Below, piece by piece: positions 58,561-64,000 of a DNA stretch of 64,000 nt. Position numbers and translations under genes: made by a program. Origin of the DNA: the human T2T-CHM13v2.0 reference genome, Homo sapiens; assembly GCF_009914755.1 (NCBI RefSeq), contig NC_060926.1. One strand, 5' to 3'. Position 1 is the first letter of the stretch. Every line of letters begins with the position of its first letter. The notes below the pieces were generated by a model. The model saw nothing but the letters and a program-made list of their open reading frames with translations. It was not told where the DNA came from and made no database searches.

Positions 58561-60569
58561 GTCATGGGTTGAGCATGAGAAGGAGACTTAGAAGGGCATA
58601 AAAAGGAGACTTACGTATCTCATCTAAGGTTGTTCTGCTCAAAATAAATGAAGATGGTGTTTGAACCTAGGAATTCTGATCCTGAGTCCCCTGGGTGGGA
58701 GGTAAAATCGCACACACACCTAGATGTGGCAGCCTTAAATTTGAGTACAGTAATGTGACTTTAATTTTGTAGATACATGGGAATTAGGTGAATATTATTT
58801 TCTTGTCTTTCTGCTATAAGGACAAATATAAAACAGCTGTTTTAATATTGAAACAAAGAGCTCTGAATGGAGAAGAAAAATTCAAGCAAACATTCAGATT
58901 TCTGAAATTATTATCTTGTGCCGTAAGTATTGCGAAGTAATTTTTTAACTTTTGAAATTTGAATAATATATAAAATAAGTAACATACCATTCTGTGCTAT
59001 TACTGAGTTTCTGCTGAGGACTATTTTAGGTTTCTAAAAGGGATCGTTGTAATTGAGACATAACTTGTTTGGGATTCCTATTATATAGAAAACGTTTCTC
59101 TAGGATTTTAAATAAACCCAGTATGTATTTGTAAGAAGAACAAAAAGAGGTAGAAAACAGAATCCTACCTCTGAAATTAATAAGGGAAAATTGAAGGGAA
59201 ATACAGTATGCCTAGAAGTGTACTATCAACCATGGAGGCATTATCAGGTCTTGACATGGTTAGCTTATCTTCGTAGGCTGTTTGGATTGACATACTGCAT
59301 AACATCAGAACATAAATTAATGGGTCTTCTTGGAAAAAGAACTCAAATGGAAATTAGGGATGGTGTCACTTGGGGTTATATATTTTTAAAAATAACTGTA
59401 ATTTTCACTGCTCCAATGAAAAATATTGAAAACCATTGGCAATATTTTTTTGTTTCACTCTGCTGTAGTTTATTAACACGAGTTTTAATTAACTCTGTTG
59501 ACAGTATTATTTTTCTCTTGCAGCAGCTGACTAAAAATCTAGGGCAAATTCTAGTAATAATTGTGCTGAATCTCTTCAGGGAAAAAGTGAGAGTTATAAT
59601 ACTTATTAAACTTTCCAGTGGTTTGCATTAGCAGAAATTTTTGCTAAGACTGGGTATTTTCACTTTTGAAAGCTAGCAAACCTGAGTCCTGAGTTGTCTG
59701 AATTGGAAGAAAAGTTTCACTTTTCATAGAGAGAACTTCTTAAAAAGAGAAATTGTTTTAAAGAGGATGCAAATTATTGGATATTTGTGTGTCTAAGCTT
59801 ATTTAGTAGCTAAGTGTTGGATGATACGGCATGTCTTCTGTTTTCACAAACACTGAAATTGTGCCTCAGCACTGCAATGAAGACATGACAACTTATGCTT
59901 TTCCACATTTTTATAAGCTCTGGAAAAAATCTAGGCCATACCCATATTAAATAAAAAATGTTTAAAAATTATTTCCAGATCCACATAAACCTATTTAAGC
60001 CATTCGGATTCTCTTAAAAATATTGAAAATTGCATTTTTGACTCTATAGTACAGATGATACATAAATTTATTAGAATGTATAGATATTTTTTATTCTGAC
60101 ATAATCTTTAATGTTGCTAAATTCCTCTTTTTTCTTTCTTCCTCTTAAGTTTAAGCAAAATAAAATTCCCAGTTTGGATTTAAACTGAGCTTCAAATTGT
60201 GGTGAAAAAGAAAAGTCTATAATTTGATTCTGTTAGAACTGGAAATTTGCTCCTTATACATTTTCTGATCTTACATCACTTGAAATTACTTCTCCACATA
60301 GTCCTGGCTACCGATATGTGTAGAAACTATGTCTGTCATACTATTATAATCATATTTTTAAAGATTTACTCTTTTTCTTTTACTTTGAAACATGTTTTCT
60401 TTATTTTCATTCCAGTAAACTTATTGGGTACCTGATAGGTACTTAATAAAGTTCAAAAAGGAGCTCAAATTATTTCAAGCAAAAAGAAAATTTAACAAGA
60501 TTTTTAAAGCTTCCCATGGGGAAAACGAATCTTGTAAGTGGGCACGTGTTGTTTTTGGCTTGTTAGCAA

Positions 60570-61012
60570 CCAGGGATTTGAACATCTTTCCTATTATGGG
60601 CTAACCCTAACAATGGAGGTAAGCAGGACCCTCTCACAACAAAAGTGAAGGAAGCAAATAATTCTTTGACTTCCTAGGCTTATAGGCAAGTCCCATGGCC
60701 TTGGCTAATTGGATACTACAAATAAAAATTTTAATATAAGGGAATCATTCTAAGAACGGGAGCAGAGTTTATGCACAGACCTATCATGGTGTTTTCAGAG
60801 GTAACAGTGTCCACTGCTAAGTGGGTGAGTGTCCAGAGATGGCAGCGTCTATTCAGGCAATCTTGGCTATACTTTGGGTTTCTTTATTTCTCCCAATTTT
60901 TTACATCTTTCCAGTGTTTCTCGAGCTATGTATGATTCTTTCAATAAAATTACTTTCTGTCTAATTAGCTAGAGTAGACTTCAGGTATTTGCAAGCAAGA
61001 AGCATGTCTACT
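60570..61012 (+). mobile_element. Old ERVL-class LTR (LTR33/LTR67-like, tentative)
   Basis: U5-like end caataaaattactttctgtctaattagctagagtagacttc...ttgcaagcaagaa. Confidence 0.5.
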
Positions 61013-61200
61013 ACTTTTCATCATCAGGGATTAATTTTTTTAAAGTGCAGGTGAACTTTAATAGTGACTTTTATTTGCACACTTCTTTAAAAATATTTTG
61101 AAGCACTTACACAATCTTATTTAATTTTATCCTAGGAATATTACTATGGAATAGTTGGAAACAGTTTCTATCACTAAATGATATAAGAAAAAGCTATGGC

Positions 61201-62006
61201 TTGGCTATGCAGGCTCTTTTTTGGTTCCATACGAACTTTAAAGTAGTTTTTTCCAATACTGTGAATACCATCTCATACCAGTTAGAATGGTGATCATTAA
61301 AAAGTCAGGACACAACAGGTGCTGGAGAGGATGTGGAGAAATAGGAACACTTTTACACTGTTGGTGGGACTGTAAACTAGTTCAACCATTGTGGATGTCA
61401 GTGTGGCCATTCCTCAGGGATCCAGAACTAGAAATACCATTTGACCCAGCCATCCCATAACTTGGTATATACCCAAAGGATTATAAATCATGCTGCTATA
61501 AAGACACATGCACATGTATATTTATTGTGGCATTATTCACAGTAGCAAAGACTTGGAACCAACCCAAATGTCCAATAATGATAGACTGGATTAAGAAAAT
61601 GTGGCACATATACACCATGGAATACTATGCAGCCATAAAAAATGACGAGTTCATGTCCTTTGTGGGGACATGGATGAAGCTGGAAACCATCATTCTCAGC
61701 AAACTATCGCAAGGACAAAAAACCAGACACCGCATGCTCTCACTCATAGGTGGGAATTGAACAATGAGAACACATGGACACAGGAAAGGGAACATCACAT
61801 ACCGGGGCCTGTTGTGGGGTAGGGGGAGGTGGGGGGGATAGCATTAGGAGATAAACCTAATGTAAATGACAAGTTAATGGGTGCAGCACACCAACATGGC
61901 ACATGTATACATATGTAACAAACCTGCACATTGTGCACATGTACCCTAAAACTTAAAGTATAATTTAAAATAATAATAATAAAAAAATGTAAAACTTGAA
62001 AAAAAA
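61201..62006 (+). mobile_element. L1PA4/5-like element, 5'-inverted (antisense 61201-61265, sense ~61266-62006), inserted in a MIR
   Basis: ORF 61527-61760 is the ORF2 C-terminus; 16-bp TSD aagaaaaagctatggc/aagaataagctatggc. Confidence 0.93.
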
Positions 62007-62199
62007 AAGAATAAGCTATGGCATGGAAACATTAGATGACTTGCCTAAGGACATCAGGCATAGAGAAGAGTTTAGAAGCCAAATCACTTGCCTTTCAATA
62101 TCATATTTTCCCATATTTGTTTACATTGCTTTATATCATGATTGAACCAGTAAGAGTCTTAACAAACCAAAAATAATAGGCAAGACCAATGTTAACTTA

Positions 62200-63040
62200 G
62201 CTATTTATTGAATAAATCTTTAAGCTCTTATTTAAGCAATAAAAACAAAATGATGAAGCAATGGATGAAGCTGTTCCCATTCTCCAGGAGTTTGCTATCT
62301 CATCAGGAAGATAGACCTGTACACAGATAACTTTTATACAATGCCAACAATAAACATGTTCTGAAAGAGGGAGCATTTGATCTGGTTTTCTAAGGATGAA
62401 TAGGATTTTAGTAGGTGTTTATGAAGTTAGGGAAATTTTCATGAGGGAGCTTCTGAAATGAACAAAGGAACAAAATACATACAGGCATGGAGCTGTGTTC
62501 TGGTTGGAGGCAGTGTGGAGAGCTTGCTGTTCTTCATCATGAAGAAAATAAAACCAGACATGGGAGACATATTGGTGGAGGTGTGGTTTTTTTCATAGCA
62601 GTGATGAGGAAGGGGTTCTCTGGTTATGTGATATTTGGCCAGGGTCCTGGAGGATGTGGGGAATGAATCAGTCTTGGAAAGAGCCTTCTAGGCTGAGGGA
62701 ATGGTAAGTACCAAGGCTTTGAGGCTCTGAGGAGGAATTTGTGGAGAAAGCAAGAGTTCAATGTGGATAAAGAGAACAAGAGAGAAGAGGAGCTAAAGGA
62801 AAGCAGTTTGAAGAGTTAGAGACCGTCAGATCATTACTGTCAGATCATTCATGCCATGGTAAGGCATTGAACATATTATCAGTGTCATAGGAAGTGGATT
62901 TTGAGCAGGTGATTTATGCTTTTAAATGATCACTCTGGCTGCTCTGAAGAAAAGATATTGGTTGAGCAAGTAGGGAGTTGAGAAGTTAGAGGTAATGCTG
63001 ACCTAGATCAGGTGGGACTAGACTAGGATGGCTGTAGTGA
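62200..63040 (-). mobile_element. L2 3' region
   Basis: tatttattga...aaggatgaataggatttt...ttttaaatgatcactctggctgct. Confidence 0.75.
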
Positions 63041-64000
63041 TAATTTAACCCCTTTACCCCATGTCTGTCTTGAAAAGATGTTTAAATACAAATAATGGTG
63101 GGATCTGTATACTGGCTATGAATCAGCCAGTTTGGGGGAAACATTTTTAAATAGTACTTTTGACACCCACAATTCACACTATGAATATGGCTATGTACTA
63201 AGGAAAATGGAAGCTTTTAATATTTCCATGAGAGAAGACTTAATAATTTTTATAATTTACATTTCAAAATAATGTCCATCAGGAAATATTATGTTTACCC
63301 ATTATTATTCGTGCTGAAATACAATTCTATTGCTTCCTCTAGTACCATATGCTTGTTTTTCAGGTTATAATAAAATAGTCTCAAAATTATGTTAGGATTT
63401 CAGCTGTTTTACATGAGCTAGTACTTTTTGTAGCATTAATGTCAATGCCAATTAGAGAACATGACTGAAAAGTAGGCAGGTCAGAATCACCAAAGGAAAT
63501 GAAGATTGCCAATAGTATTTATGAAGCACGAAGGGCAATTTGGTTTAACCATACAATAATGGTGATTGGCTCATAGGCTTTTTCTATAATGGTATGGAAA
63601 ATAAACTTATTCCTGTGTTCTTAAATGATTTTTGCTAATGAGAGAATTGACATATATGTTACTTGGAGAAATAGCCTTTTATTTTAAAACTTTGAGAACT
63701 GGCAGAAATAAAGGCAATCAAATGCTCTGTGAACAGAAATGCAGTTGTTAATGACAATTAAAAGGGATTTGAAAAACTATGGTGCAATGTTCACCACAGT
63801 GAAAAATGAAGTATCCAGTCAGGCATAACCTATGGCACCATTCAGTAGTATGTTGCCAACGGGATATAACATATTTTAGATGCTGGATTAAATCTTGATT
63901 GAAACTCTTTTGACAACTTTAAATATTTATGAAAAAAATGCGAAAGTTTGGAAATTAAGGAAAATAGTCATAGGAATAGTTTATTATTTAGGATAATAAA

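Noticed and set aside
59191-59631. 146-aa ORF
   Set aside because: Non-ATG start, low-complexity hydrophobic composition typical of AT-rich chance ORFs, no recognisable domain.
63380-63900. Possible conserved non-coding element
   Set aside because: Looks unique, but shows no specific feature without alignment data.

Overview
AT-rich primate DNA, almost certainly human because it carries a 5'-truncated AluYa5. It is intronic or intergenic and dominated by transposon fossils: a 5'-truncated Tigger1, many L1s (old L1M plus primate L1PA, four of them 5'-inverted), Alus (FLAM/J/S/Y/Ya5), MIR, L2, MaLR LTRs, MER58A/MER3, and two internally deleted ERVL proviruses with recognisable tRNA-Leu PBS and pol or gag remnants. 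I found no convincing protein-coding gene, RNA gene or CpG island, and I cannot name the locus. I see no evidence of a new multi-gene biological system. The most interesting signals are fossil DNA-repair and retrotransposition scars: (1) a ~135-bp copy of a neighbouring L1 pasted into a deletion junction; (2) two fold-back inverted duplications at L1 deletion junctions; (3) a putative 13-bp twin-priming inversion; (4) a trimeric Alu inside one TSD; (5) a palindromic 25-bp minisatellite. Repeat subfamily names come from remembered consensus sequences, and boundaries of old repeats are approximate.
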